Source of the DNA: Trichoplax sp. H2
Lineage: Eukaryota
Length of the DNA: 64,000 nt
NCBI GenBank assembly: GCA_003344405.1
Contig: NOWV01000181.1
Location: forward strand, 74,001-138,000
Direction: 5' to 3'
The notes below the pieces were generated by a model, which saw only the letters and a list, made by a program, of their open reading frames with translations, did not search any database and was not told where the DNA came from. The position numbers were made by a program, and so were the translations under genes. Below, piece by piece: positions 13,497 to 25,906 of this stretch (its first letter is position 1; each line of letters opens with the position of its first letter).

Positions 13497-16400
13497 TTTA
13501 TAATTTGGAAAAAGAAGAAAGTACAAATGATGGTCGTTATGAAAGCCCAGTGGCTAAAAATGTACCTTTTAATTCTTTTAAAGCTAAAATTAATCCAGCC
13601 GAAAAGCAAGCCGGTAAGATATTTCATGTCTCTAGTTTGGATCTACCAGTGTTCCAAGGTAATACTGACCGAATTATCAATATAGTTTGCAGTGCCATGA
13701 TGTAGGTTATTACATTATTATTTTTCCTAGTATTAGAGAAAATTTGCATAACCTATATTCATATTCCTAATAGGGAAAAATATTCTTACAAGATCGAGTC
13801 ATTTATTACCTGAAGATGATCATAGTATGAATGACAACCGATTACAAAAGGCGACTAGCTTACAGGATAACGTACCAAATCCTAATAAGCAACCAAATAA
13901 ATTAAAGAAAGTTAATATTATCAATTCAAGGATTTATATTGTTGACGAGTTACAGGAAAAAATATCGAAAGGAGGCCTGAATCGCTCCGAAGAGAATGAG
14001 AGCAACTCTAGCTTACCAACTAGTAAATCGGATTCCGAAATTAGCACTAAAATTTTAATACCCGAAAGTAATTATGACACTCCAGGGCAAAATAAGTCTA
14101 TTAGCGTAATAGATCCCAAGTACGATAATTCAGTATTTGATAGCATTGTTAAAACTGAATTCAAAGACTTGGAGAAATCTGAAACTAAGCTGTTTTTACC
14201 TGAGAACAGACCCTATCCGCCGATCAGACAGCCTCGCCGTAAGATGAACAGTCATCCAGCAAGTACTAATTTAACTACTAATACAATAAACCTATCTAGT
14301 CACAGCGATGATAGGCATTCAATAGCTGTAAATTTCAGTGAAGAAAGGAGTCAATCATGCATTGAAGAACTACAAAATGATAGTAATCAGTCTATGAAAA
14401 AATCATCAAGCTGTCCAAACACAAGTATGAATAAGAGTCCTACTAGTCAGAAGAAATCCAAATTTAAACCAGACGATTTTTGGCTTAGTAGAAACCTCGC
14501 TACATCGAATGAAGATAGCGTAGCAAAGTCTAGGAATAATACTATGAATAAGTCTCCAACGGAGAATAAATTTAATAATAGATTAAATCTAGAGCAGCAA
14601 AATAATTATCAAAATGTCAACACATACAATCAATCAAATCTTAAACCTAGCCAAATTCGTGGAAAGGCCTCACAGCAGAGTGACCCTGAAAGTTCTTCTC
14701 ATGATAACATTCAGCAATTAAATGGGAAAAACACATTGTCTAATAGCCAAAGTAATCGATCTCCCAGTAAAACATGGCAAGCTAGCAAGAGTAATCAGAT
14801 CATCGAAACTACAAGCAAAAATGACTGGAGCCATCCATTACAAAAGGAAATTACTAATCCATCATCTACTAAGAAGAAAGTCGTTAGTACTCAGTCTAAG
14901 CTAGATAACCGATCTTTAATAAGCAACCCATCGAACGAAGAGAAGTCCGTTTCGATTGAATTACCTGTTCTAGACTACACTAAGTATTCTCAGGAAATCA
15001 AATCCAAGCGGAATAATAGCTCTGGACGCCAACATGATAGCAATACTTTGATGAAGCACAAATTCCAAGCATCTTCAACAAATAATGACACGTTTGATAA
15101 GAATAGACATCAGCAGAAAAATAATGTGAAATTTAGAAAGGGTTCGACATCAAGCAGTACTGAATTTCCAGATGAAGGTATTATTTGGCAGAAAAATACG
15201 AACAAGATTTCGTCAGAAAAGAAAGCGCAATGTGCTAGTCCTGAATCTCCTAATGAAGTTCAATCCAAACATAAAATAAAGCTAACGTCAGGCATTAAAT
15301 CTAATGAAACAGACTTTAAAGTTCAAGTAGAAAGCAACCAACAGCAACAAGATTATAAATCATTCAATTCTGTAAATAGGTGTAAATCAAATAGCTCATC
15401 ATTTCAGAACGATGGCGGACCAATTCCTAAAAGTAATACAGGAATCTTGTCTACCGACTTAAAGCAAAAAGATAGTGCTAAACCAACCTCAGCGAACCAC
15501 TCGAAATTAATTAATTCTAGAATAGGAAATGATGGTAAACCTATAATTAAAAGTAAACCTAAATTGGGTCCTGGCGCCAATTCAGTAATGCGAAATAAAG
15601 GTAGCAGTTTATTTCCTAAAGATTCTTTCAAATCAACTCATACTGAGCCTAGCCAAAGCAACGAGAGGCCAACTGAAAATAATTCCAAATCTTCAGTGAA
15701 TAATGATGGTCATGATTCATGGCCCCGAAATACGTACCTATCCAGATCAAGGAGTTCTGATGTTGTCCACCTAGATAAATATTCGTCTGATGATATAATC
15801 AAGCTTACTTCTAGTTCTCCCCAGCAGAAACTAAATTTTTATATAAGCGAATCAGAAGCGAACCTTTCCGTGACGGGAGATGTTTGTAAATTGGATGATA
15901 AATCGGAGACTTCACCACAGGACGACGTTAATATCGTAATAAATCAAAGTAAAAATCGCAGAATGCATCATACTATTCAGATTACGAAAAAATACTCAAA
16001 GCAAGAACAACTTGATCAAGTGAGTAAGGTAAATTCAGATGTACCTAAAGGAATTAAAATACAAGATAATTTTTGCGACCCTTCGACTCTGGTATCAACC
16101 GTTGCAGCGAATAAAAGTCGCGACCAAAACCGTAAAGAACTTACGCGTATGCCAGAAAATCAGCTAAGAGAAAGACAAAATATGGGAAACGAAATTCCAG
16201 CCCATCAATTCAAGCAAGTGAATTTACAAGAAAATAAGAATGCACAACAATCCAAGGCTCAATTTGGCAGCAATCAGGACCATTCTCAGCAAAATCAACT
16301 ACCAAATCAATTCAATGATAAAGAATCTTTAGGCTGGCAAAATACGAACCATAACTATACTCCTGAATACCGGTCTGTTGAAATGCAACAGTTTGACATA

Positions 16401-19400
16401 CAGCATGCTCAAAATTCTAAAACGATGTCTCATAAAGCCTCTATTACTGGCAAGAAAGGAAGTGCATATTCTAATTCCCAAGTTCGCTCATTCAGTGCTA
16501 AAAATAATTACCATGGACAAAATAACAATAATGGGGATCAAGCCGAATTTCTAGTTAGTAGGCAATTAAATCAATCGAAATTAGAAGGTCAGTATAACTA
16601 TTATAAAATGATAGTAGCATTTCCTACAAAATACAACAGCAATATACTGATTGTAATGATCATGTTCTAGACACTAAGGATAAGCCCGTAATTAAAAAGA
16701 GCATCAGTGTCCAGAATGAGCATAGCGGAAAATCAGGTAATAATTCATCTAAAGCTCAACAAGATGTTACTGGGCAAGAAAAGAATATTAATAATGACAT
16801 CAATCGTTCGCGTAATATTTTGATAACTGACACAGATACACAAATAGTAGCATATAGGCCAGAATTACCACAAAAAATGCAAGTAATAGCATCATCTCCA
16901 GGTAAGTCTTTAGGTAATCAAGAGTGAGATACGTCGTAACTTAAAATCATTGCCAATTTCATTTCAGTAATCTATCCATACATTTATCTCTATCGAAGTA
17001 GGAGATTCGGCTGTTTCAGCCCAAATAGTGTAATTTCTATAATTAATCTAATTTATTTATGTACTTTTCTCTTTGTAGTGTTATGTTTTCATATCAGATT
17101 TACACGGACTATTTAGCAAAACTTATAAACTAATCTTATCACTTCTATAGAATTGATTTAACTGTACAATCTGAAGATTTTAAGTATACGGTAGCTAATT
17201 ATAACTATTGCTAAAATATCTCACATGTTAATATTTCATTAGATCACGATGAGTATCCTGAGCTATCGGCTACATTCGAATCAGTACCTAATAAAGTCTT
17301 CTATTTCGAAAGCAGTAAAATTTCTGGCCTACGAATTACATTTCCAGCTCAGGAAAGATCTAATAAAATCCGAACTCGCATGGTTATTCATTATGCTGAT
17401 CCTCCATATTCCAATGAATTAAAGGATCAGTCGATCATTCAGTTATCTTCAATCATTAAATTAGATAGCTATGATGCCAATCGTGGTTATAAACCTTCCA
17501 TACTCTTACGATTACCAATTCCTTTGGCAACAAGAATTCTTGAAATATATAAAATTGACTCTGTGCAAGCATTACCGGTGAAGGTTTTATATCGTATTAG
17601 CGAGTATTTTCCTACGTGGGAAAAGCTAAATATAGACTACCAGTATTGCTTTGAGAATCAAGGTGGTCACTGCATAACAATTCCAATTTATCGTACTGGA
17701 TATTACGTTCTTGGATACCAATATCAATCAGATAGTTTCAATTCAAACTCATATCATAGTCTATATTATGTCTTTCCAAGTCTACAACAAGAAGTTAACG
17801 TCTTAGCAGTTCTTTCTGCTATTCAATCACAGTCTGATCATGTTCATTTAAAATTTTTTGTGATCCGTAAGGGAGAAAACTCACAAAGTATAATTGACAA
17901 AATAGCACCACCCTACCGGGAGACTTTATTACAACATACTGGACTTGAGTATGCCATTCTAAGCAATGGCAGATATAAAATGAATTTCTTACCAAAAGAT
18001 ATTACCTGCGAAGATAGATTTCAAGATAAAAACATAACCGTAAATTGGAGCCTTCGCCATTATATTTGTATCGATATTCAATGTCAGGTTATTAATCGTG
18101 ACAAATTGAATAATTTGTGTGTAATAAAGTTAGAAAGATTGGATGAGAGTCATGACATTCTGGAATGTTATCTAACTATGGTTAGTAAAATGAAGGCTTT
18201 CCTGTAATCTTAAAGATACATTTACACAGATTTTACTTGTCGCAAATCTTGAGCTGATTCCAATCTTCCCTCAATGCAATTTTAATGAGCTCTGCCACCT
18301 TTCTTTTTCAGCCTAAGCTTTCAGATCATCGCTCTAAAAAGTTGTCTAGAACTAGACGAAAACGACTACAACAGTCAATACTAGTACAAAGTAAGTACCA
18401 GTACCTTAATTAGTAATTATTGGATAGGTAATCTGTATCAGGTAGTGCAATAGCCGAAAAAGGCGTGGTATGTTGATGCTATAAGTCATATATAGTCATA
18501 TTCTAGTAGAATTAAGAGTAAATTAAACTGTCAGTTGAATACGATGACTGACTACCGTACTCTTTCTTGATTTCAGATTTCTTAGATAATTCAGTAAAGC
18601 TTATCAAAACTGTAAAATTTATTGTAAACTGCTGCATTAATCGAAATACAAAGATATCTTAATATCTTCGGTGAAGATATTAAACTACTGCTTTATTTAT
18701 TTATGCTACTTGTAGAAATCGCTGAAAATTTAACAGACACTTCTGAAGATGAATTTGGTGAGTGTATCATTTTAAGTCAGATCTTAAATCTAAAGCTACG
18801 TAATTTAAATCTTATTGAAACATCGCTTCTGAAATATCAATTATACTGGTGACCTGACACTACTCTTAAAAATTTATGATAAAACACTTCTCAAGATTAA
18901 ATCATTGCTTATATTAGCGATAATTATTCTATCTTTAATAGCTAAATACTCGAATATAATATGTTAGAGAAACTCATGATATCCGTGATATAATAAGGGG
19001 AAAAATAGAATAATTATAGTAGCGACTTGACACCGCTCTTCAAAATTTACTAAATAATTCTCAATATTAAATTACTGTTTATTTATAGCGTTAAATTTTC
19101 TAACATTAAAATAATTGTTCGAATACATAATTTTTAAAAAGATATCGTATCATAGCAAGGGAAAATTGAAGCTACTATAGTGGCGAATTAGCGTCACTCT
19201 TCCAGACTTGCTTTAATAGTTCTAACGATTAAATTATCTTTACAGATGAAGATAATTATTTCTATCTTCGATAAAACATTCTCAAATGCACAATTTAAAA
19301 GAAGCATTATATTAAAATAAGTGCCTATAAGGACTATATTGCAAAACATGTGGTACAAGATTTATCATACATTAAAAGACATTCTATTGCGTCTACCAGA

Positions 19401-19982
19401 TCACTTTTACTTTAGGACAAGTGACAATAAATATAATCGATATTAAGATAAAATTTTTATTCTAGCAGTAAATTAAAAGCAGATTTGGATATTAGCCAGA
19501 TCTTTTAAACTGACTCCTGATTTAGCTGTAATATAATAAACCATATCATGGTTATAATTTATCCATGTTAATTTGAAGTTAAAAATTTATTGGCTTCGAA
19601 TTCAATTCATATCGAAAATGTAATTGTATATAATGTCTATTTTTCTCTGCTCTTAATAGCTCATAGGAAATTAGAAATGAGCTTGGACATCATTCGAGTC
19701 ATAAATAAGCATTTGAAAATTATTTTGGAATCCATTCCATTGCTTGAATTAATATATGATCTAAGAATAGATCGTGTACTTAGCGATGATAATGTCGTCT
19801 ATTTGAAAGAAATTCGAGGCCAGAAAGAGAGAAATTATGCCTTTATTTTACTTTTGCAGCAACGGCAAGATCGCGATTTTTACAAATTTTGCAAATTATT
19901 GCAAGAACATCAGGTTAAATCCCTTAATAAACTAGGCATGCTATTAGAAGCAGAAGCCCGAAACAGAGACACTATCGATTAA
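13497..19982 (+). CDS. Multi-exon ~1500-aa protein: long S/N/Q/K-rich disordered region, ZU5/UPA-like module, C-terminal CARD
   Basis: Phase-consistent GT-AG exons 13497-13613, 13774-16587, 16671-16901, 17243-18180, 18312-18390, 18716-18757, 19660-19982. Exon 4 has ZU5-like SGLRITFP...LSSIIKLD...ILLRLPIP...WEKL. The last exon is CARD-like (IINKHLKIILESI..L..DL...VLSDDNV.YL.....KERN..FILLLQQR..RDFYKFCKLLQE). The start codon is not identified and probably lies upstream. Confidence 0.75.
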
Positions 19983-20530
19983 ACCCTCTCAAACTGTACA
20001 AATGGAATGCTTTAACAAAAAAATATAATCAGCTGCCTTTGTAAGTAAAAGCGTATTGCTCAATTCAAAAAATTGTAATAATTTTAAAGTAAATGATCCT
20101 TCCTGGTGCAACAGTATCTGTTGGAGTTCTATGATATCATAAACTTTAACAAATTGATTTTATGCTACAATTACTCATCCAAAGAATGATACTGCGATAT
20201 AATAACATTTAACCGTTTTATAAGAATTCGCTGATTTAAATAGAGGATAAAAAGGGCAACGTTGTGTAACTACAAATCAAAACGTGAATTGTATTTTTAT
20301 AGCAAATCACTATATCTATGTGCATGTTGATAGCGACTATCGGTTGCTGATATCAGAAATGGCTTAATGTAAGTAAATTGTATTTAATTGTGTTATGTTA
20401 GCACTTTATTATTAATTAATAGGCATATAAATATTAGCCAAGTGCCAAGATTGATAAATTATACTTAACTATTTTTGTAAAGATATACGAAATGATAGCT
20501 TGCTTTTATGCTCTGTGAATCTTCAATTAA

Positions 20531-20890
20531 GATTTAGAAAAGATTCTTCCCCATGGTATATAATTTGCAACCAACAACAATTTCAAATTTCTATTAAAAT
20601 TAAAATCATTTACTGCAGAATGATATAAAATAACTTAGTTTGAGCAGGTAAAGATCGAACAGGAAGTAGTTGATAAGTACTAATTTCGAATCGGATTAAA
20701 TGTCTGCATCTTAGCTTAGTTAATATTTATTTCAATTTTTGTTATAGTTTAAATACAGAAAATTGCAGACACTCTTTTAGAAGCATACTTCGATATCTGG
20801 CCAAAAGTTTACGATAAATTAACTAGGAAAATATTGGATCAAAACATATTTTCTAGTATTTCTAGCTTAAAGCTCAAGAAGCGATAATTT
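20531..20890 (+). pseudogene. Possible decayed two-exon CARD remnant
   Basis: Broken frames MVYNLQPTTISNF (ending at donor gagcag/gtaaag) and, after acceptor ttatag, KIADTLLEA / ILR / PKVYDKL resemble CARD helices. Many stops and frameshifts. Confidence 0.3.
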
Positions 20891-21519
20891 AATCCATAGA
20901 GTCTATAGCTCACAATCTAATCAAATTAAACCTTTGAGGTATGGAATATTTGCACGATTGCATATTTCCTGTTCCTTTACAAATGCAAAAGCAAATCAAT
21001 AGATTAATCATGGCAGAATCCACATTTCTGCATCATGCAGCCTTTATGTACAGTTTTCCTGTAGACTGCTATAAAAAGTGATAGCAGTACTTACTGCGCG
21101 ATGATTATTAGTTATCGTCGGTAGTATGAGTAAAGAAAGATATTGAAAGTTAGCTTATAGTGCAATCTGACAGTAAAGGAAATATGAATGTTATTATCCA
21201 CTGAAAGATTTGCTTGAACAGCAGCTGTAAGATAAGCGATCACTTGATAGGAGAATACTGTAAGCATATATGCATTTATTGCATGTATGATTGACAAACG
21301 TAATTAAACAAGCAAATTATGCGCGAATATTAGCCTAACTGGATGACAAAGTAAAGGAAATATTCTATTAAAATAAAAAATTTTACCATTCATCTCTAGT
21401 TAGTGGATAATGATCTATTCAGCTCAAAAAGGTGAGTGATCGAAGATAAGACTTAATACGCCAGGATTAAGCTGCTTATCATTCATTCTAACTAATCCTG
21501 CTTCCAGTCAACGCTATAC

Positions 21520-22050
21520 TATACAGAAAAGTAAATTCAGTTTATGACAATGTACCATATAGACTGCTATTGCCTACTCAAGTCTATGCAAATATAGTCT
21601 AAGTCAGTGAGAGTTATTATTGATGTATGGTAAAGCAAAATAGTGTATCAATTGCTTAATCTTTTTTAACTGCATACCAGAAAGGAAGCTGTTGTGGCCT
21701 GAAATTAATTTTAATTTAATGACATTTCAAGTAGACTATAAGAGGGTATGAAACAGATCTAAGCTTTTGGGAGGGATAGTATCAGTTGACTAAATATGAG
21801 TTAATTGAGAAAAAATTTAGCTTTGCTGAAGTTCAGCTAAAGAATCCAAGTGTTGCATTGTAGAATTTGCAGAATGACATAAATAGCCTTACTTACAATA
21901 TATCGGCTATATATTAGCTACTCAAGTCTACGCAAATATAGACCAAGTATTGAAGAGTTTTCATTAAGGTGCGTCAAAGCAAGATTTCGTACTAAAAACC
22001 TAACCTTTTCCAACTGCATACAGAAAAGGAGGCTGTTGTAGACTTGCATT
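21520..22050. repeat. Diverged direct tandem duplication, period ~344 bp
   Basis: ctactcaagtctatgcaaatatagtctaagt (~21574) vs ctactcaagtctacgcaaatatagaccaagt (~21918). aactgcatac(c)agaaa(a)gga.gctgttgt occurs in both copies. Confidence 0.75.
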
Positions 22051-23575
22051 GATTTTCACCTACTGTTTACTTTTAGTCACCTGGCATTATCAAATATCAA
22101 TCGAAGACTTTAATTCATTTAACCGAACAACCGAGATCTTATAGAAGACAAGATTATCTCGTTAAAGCCATGGGATTGCATTATCATAACAATTAATTGA
22201 AGTAATCATGACTATATGAGCAAGTATCGTACGTTGATGATAAGTATAAGGAAAAAGCTTTTCTATTATGTCCATGGACGATACTTAATAATATTTGTAT
22301 AGGCCTAATGTGATTGCTTCATGGCTAATTATAATTATGAGACGAGGGAAAGGAATTGTGGTCATTAAGGTTCACTGTTAGAAAGGAAATCAATTGTGAT
22401 TCAAAATGACGATAATCAATAACTGCTAATACTGACAAGCCGCTTCATTCCAATTTTTCAAACAACATCTGAACTCTATTTGTGCAGTTGCGAGTATCTA
22501 GTCGATAAACTTGAGTCCAGTTTTTCCGACTTGAACTCAGTAACAAATTTGAAGGTGAGTAAATAATAATTAATTTCATTACAGATTGAATCAAGGTCGA
22601 TTCTTCTTTACTGAACTCATTAACTAAGCATGGTAGTTATTGGCTATATGCAAGAGCTTTATGATCAATATAGAAAATGCACTATTACGTCAATGACTAA
22701 AATTTTAACTCAGTAATTGACTAAATTTTCTAATCGTATATACCATACGGTATGTCTGTCATCAAGTTCGAATTAGTAAGTTACGTCTGAGTGACATGCA
22801 TTAAATTCAATCTAATATGCTAGAAATTGGGTAAGTTAGTGGTTGTTTGAGCATTCTTTACCCTGTAGTCTATAATTTTAAAAGTGAATTTTTTGGTCTT
22901 CCATTATTAGTATTCATGCTTCATATTTTACTTAATTGCCTGCACTGCAATCACACTAATACTCATAATTATGTTCAGAAGCAGTAATGTGTTAATTTTT
23001 ATGATTAATAAAGTATCAGGAAGAACTGATCAATTCTTATCAGAAGAATTATAATTTGCACGATAGGTAGAAGATGTAAAGTTTCACCTTAGCTTAACAA
23101 TTAGATTATTCTAACAACTTTGAAATATTTCCAATTTCTACCGTATCATATCTTCAACAGTTACTTTATTAGCAAGGTGAATATTTACCGGTATGGTAAC
23201 CTGCAGTGTTTTCTACAATTACCAACTATAAGACGTTAATGACAAATAATAAAGTTGTCAAATCAGGCAGCTAGCCGTCAGCCTTATATTCACCTTCTGT
23301 TCTGTCTCATGGAAGGTTGTCGAGTGGCACATTCTATTTCCTTCACAGTCATCCATCCTAGATTAATTCTTTATAGCTAACGGCAACAGGCTAATCAAGC
23401 TATTTCAGTGGAAGTTATAATACATACCTTGACACATTTAACTAAGTGAGATTTTATTAGATATGTAAGAGATATTTTATTACACGCAAAACTTGACTTT
23501 ATTTTACTTTGTTTTGCTAACTTTAAATCTTATTGCATTATTTCTTCAAAGACTTCAATACTCCAGTAATTGCAA

Positions 23576-25906
23576 ATGGATATAATTGGTAAGTGAAATT
23601 AAATTACACTAAAATGAATCAGTAAATTTCCATCATAATAAGCGATAGTTGAGTAACAAATTTATAAATTAAAATAAATTAAACCTGCTATCATAAATCT
23701 TATATGGTCTATACTATGTAATCATTACTGGTGTAGATGTGTTTATTAGTTTTAACAGCACAAAGTATGATCAAGCAGAGTGTATAAAAGAGATTTTAGA
23801 AAATAGATTTCCAAACTTAAAAATAAGAATGCACGAAAATCAAGTGCTTTCCGGAGATAATTTGACCCTAGAAAAGGATTATAACATCTGTTCCGCCAAG
23901 GTACTTTTAACAATGATTGATTAGAAAACTTGCATTAATGATAAAGGTCTGTTAAGATTTCCAATTAACCCTAAAAAGATAACCAAACAGAAGAAAACAT
24001 AGGTTGATCAGGCTATCTTTTATCATTCTTATCCATATTTCTATAGCAGTGATATTGAATAACGAATAATGGTTCGAGGTATCGGTGATTCATAAGACTA
24101 TTTTCTATACTTGATGCTTGTAGATATTCATATGTTGTTTAAGTCAAGATTATGCAGACTCAGTATGCTGCTGTAAGGAACTGGAGCGGGCATTTGAACT
24201 GGCTAAGCCGATTATACCAGTTTTATTGGAAAATTTCGATATCGAAAACGGACTAACCAATAATCTGACAAGGCAAAACTTATTCCCATATATCTGTGGC
24301 AGAAGATCTTTCAACCTAATTTATAATCAAGGTTTCAATAGCTATTCCCTATCTGAAAATATGCTGCATCTTCTAGATTCATTAAAATCATGGGTAAGAA
24401 TTACGTAATTTACTAGCCCAATATCAGGTTAAAAGTTCTTGAAAATTAATTTAGGATATATATCATATAAATAATAATAGAAATGGATATACCATGATTT
24501 ATGATATATTCAATATGAGTTTATTCATATAATATTCAATGTCGTGAGTTTATTCGCATTACCTAGAAGAAATGTTTAAGAAGGCCAAGTTTATAATCTA
24601 GGTTGTAGGAAGTAATGACAGAATTTCAGCCATGAACCAACATTCAAGCGCTTCTATCCACGACTCGGGCAATGGTAAATATTGTTTGTGTAAATGAATG
24701 AAAAGATATTTTTCCAAAGTAAAAATATTTCGATTTATTGTAGGATTAATAAGCGTAGGAATGAGCTTATAGTTTGTGCGATCTGGAATGATACAAAAAT
24801 TTAACTTAATTATTTGATGGATAACTTTTGTTACTAGTAAATCACATCCAATAAAGTGATTGACGCCTATGTTATGATCGATGATATGAATACGTAAAAA
24901 TATAATTATTTCAGCTTTTCATGAGCAAAGTAAATCTTCTAGGATTATTACTAAAAGCAAATACCGTAGATATAATTGTAAACAATTTCATTAAATTGAT
25001 ACAGCTTCACAAGAGATCACAGCATTCTAGCATAAACGTACTTTTGGCTCTTAGTATATCAACAATGACATTTATATATTTATGTTTTTGCTGTTTAAAT
25101 ATAATGAACTCAAATGCGTCATCTCAAATACAAACTTAGCAACATTTGTTTATTTTCTAATTTCACTTGATCAGACAGTCTGATAGTTTCTTATATATTA
25201 TTTATCCTCAGCTAAAATAGAAAATTTTAGCTACGGTTTCTGACCAGCAAAATAAGTGCTTATAAAAAATATTTTTGAAATTGTTGTGATTTATCAAATT
25301 TATGAGCTTTAGCTAGTAACTTATTACTAGGTGCGATTTCATAATTTTAATATCATTTGTATTAGCTGCAACAGTGGAAGTACAGCAAAGCTGCGAGATG
25401 GATCCAAGGGCTGATCAAGGTTTGACGAACATACTTTTCTGCAATGACTACGCTGCATGCAGATTAGGCGTAATGTTTTTATATTAATCGCAAATAAGCT
25501 AATGAAAATCTAGATAAGATATAAACTGTTAAAGCAATTATATACCATGACAACGTATAATAATGTTCGTTATAAAATAGTAGAATTACATCAGTTCATC
25601 AAAATAATGCAGAATTATGCAAGCGATAGAATTTCATGATTTAGGTGGATTGGATACTTTTTAATAAATGCGTTTGTCATATATGCTAATGCTATGTGGC
25701 GAGGGTTATTTGAAGTTATTTTTAGCTAAAACCAGTTTAATTATAGTACAATCCTTTTCAAGGCGTCTTTAAATAAAATTCGTTTAATATCATTGATATT
25801 CATATAATTTCAAAAATTCTTTTTTATGTATTTAGCCGCCAACCCGGTCTCCAAGTTATGGTCCAGCCTACTAGACAAAATTAGTCAATTTTTGCCGGGA
25901 TATTAG
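23576..25906 (+). CDS. Small stand-alone TIR-domain (TIR_2-like) protein, spliced
   Basis: Phase-consistent exons 23576-23588, 23737-23900, 24124-24393, 24602-24674 give MDIIDVFISFNSTKYDQAECIKEILENRFPNLKIRMHENQVLSGDNL...AKIFICCLSQDYADSVCCCKELERAFELAKPIIPVLLE. Probable further exons start at 24915 and 25366, and a final exon 25836-25906 reads ANPVSKLWSSLLDKISQFLPGY*. The 3' exons are less certain. Confidence 0.85.

Noticed and set aside
17002-17190. Two micro-exon candidates (17002-17029, 17151-17190) in the CARD gene
   Set aside because: Including them breaks phase with the exon at 17243, whereas direct splicing 16901 to 17243 is in frame
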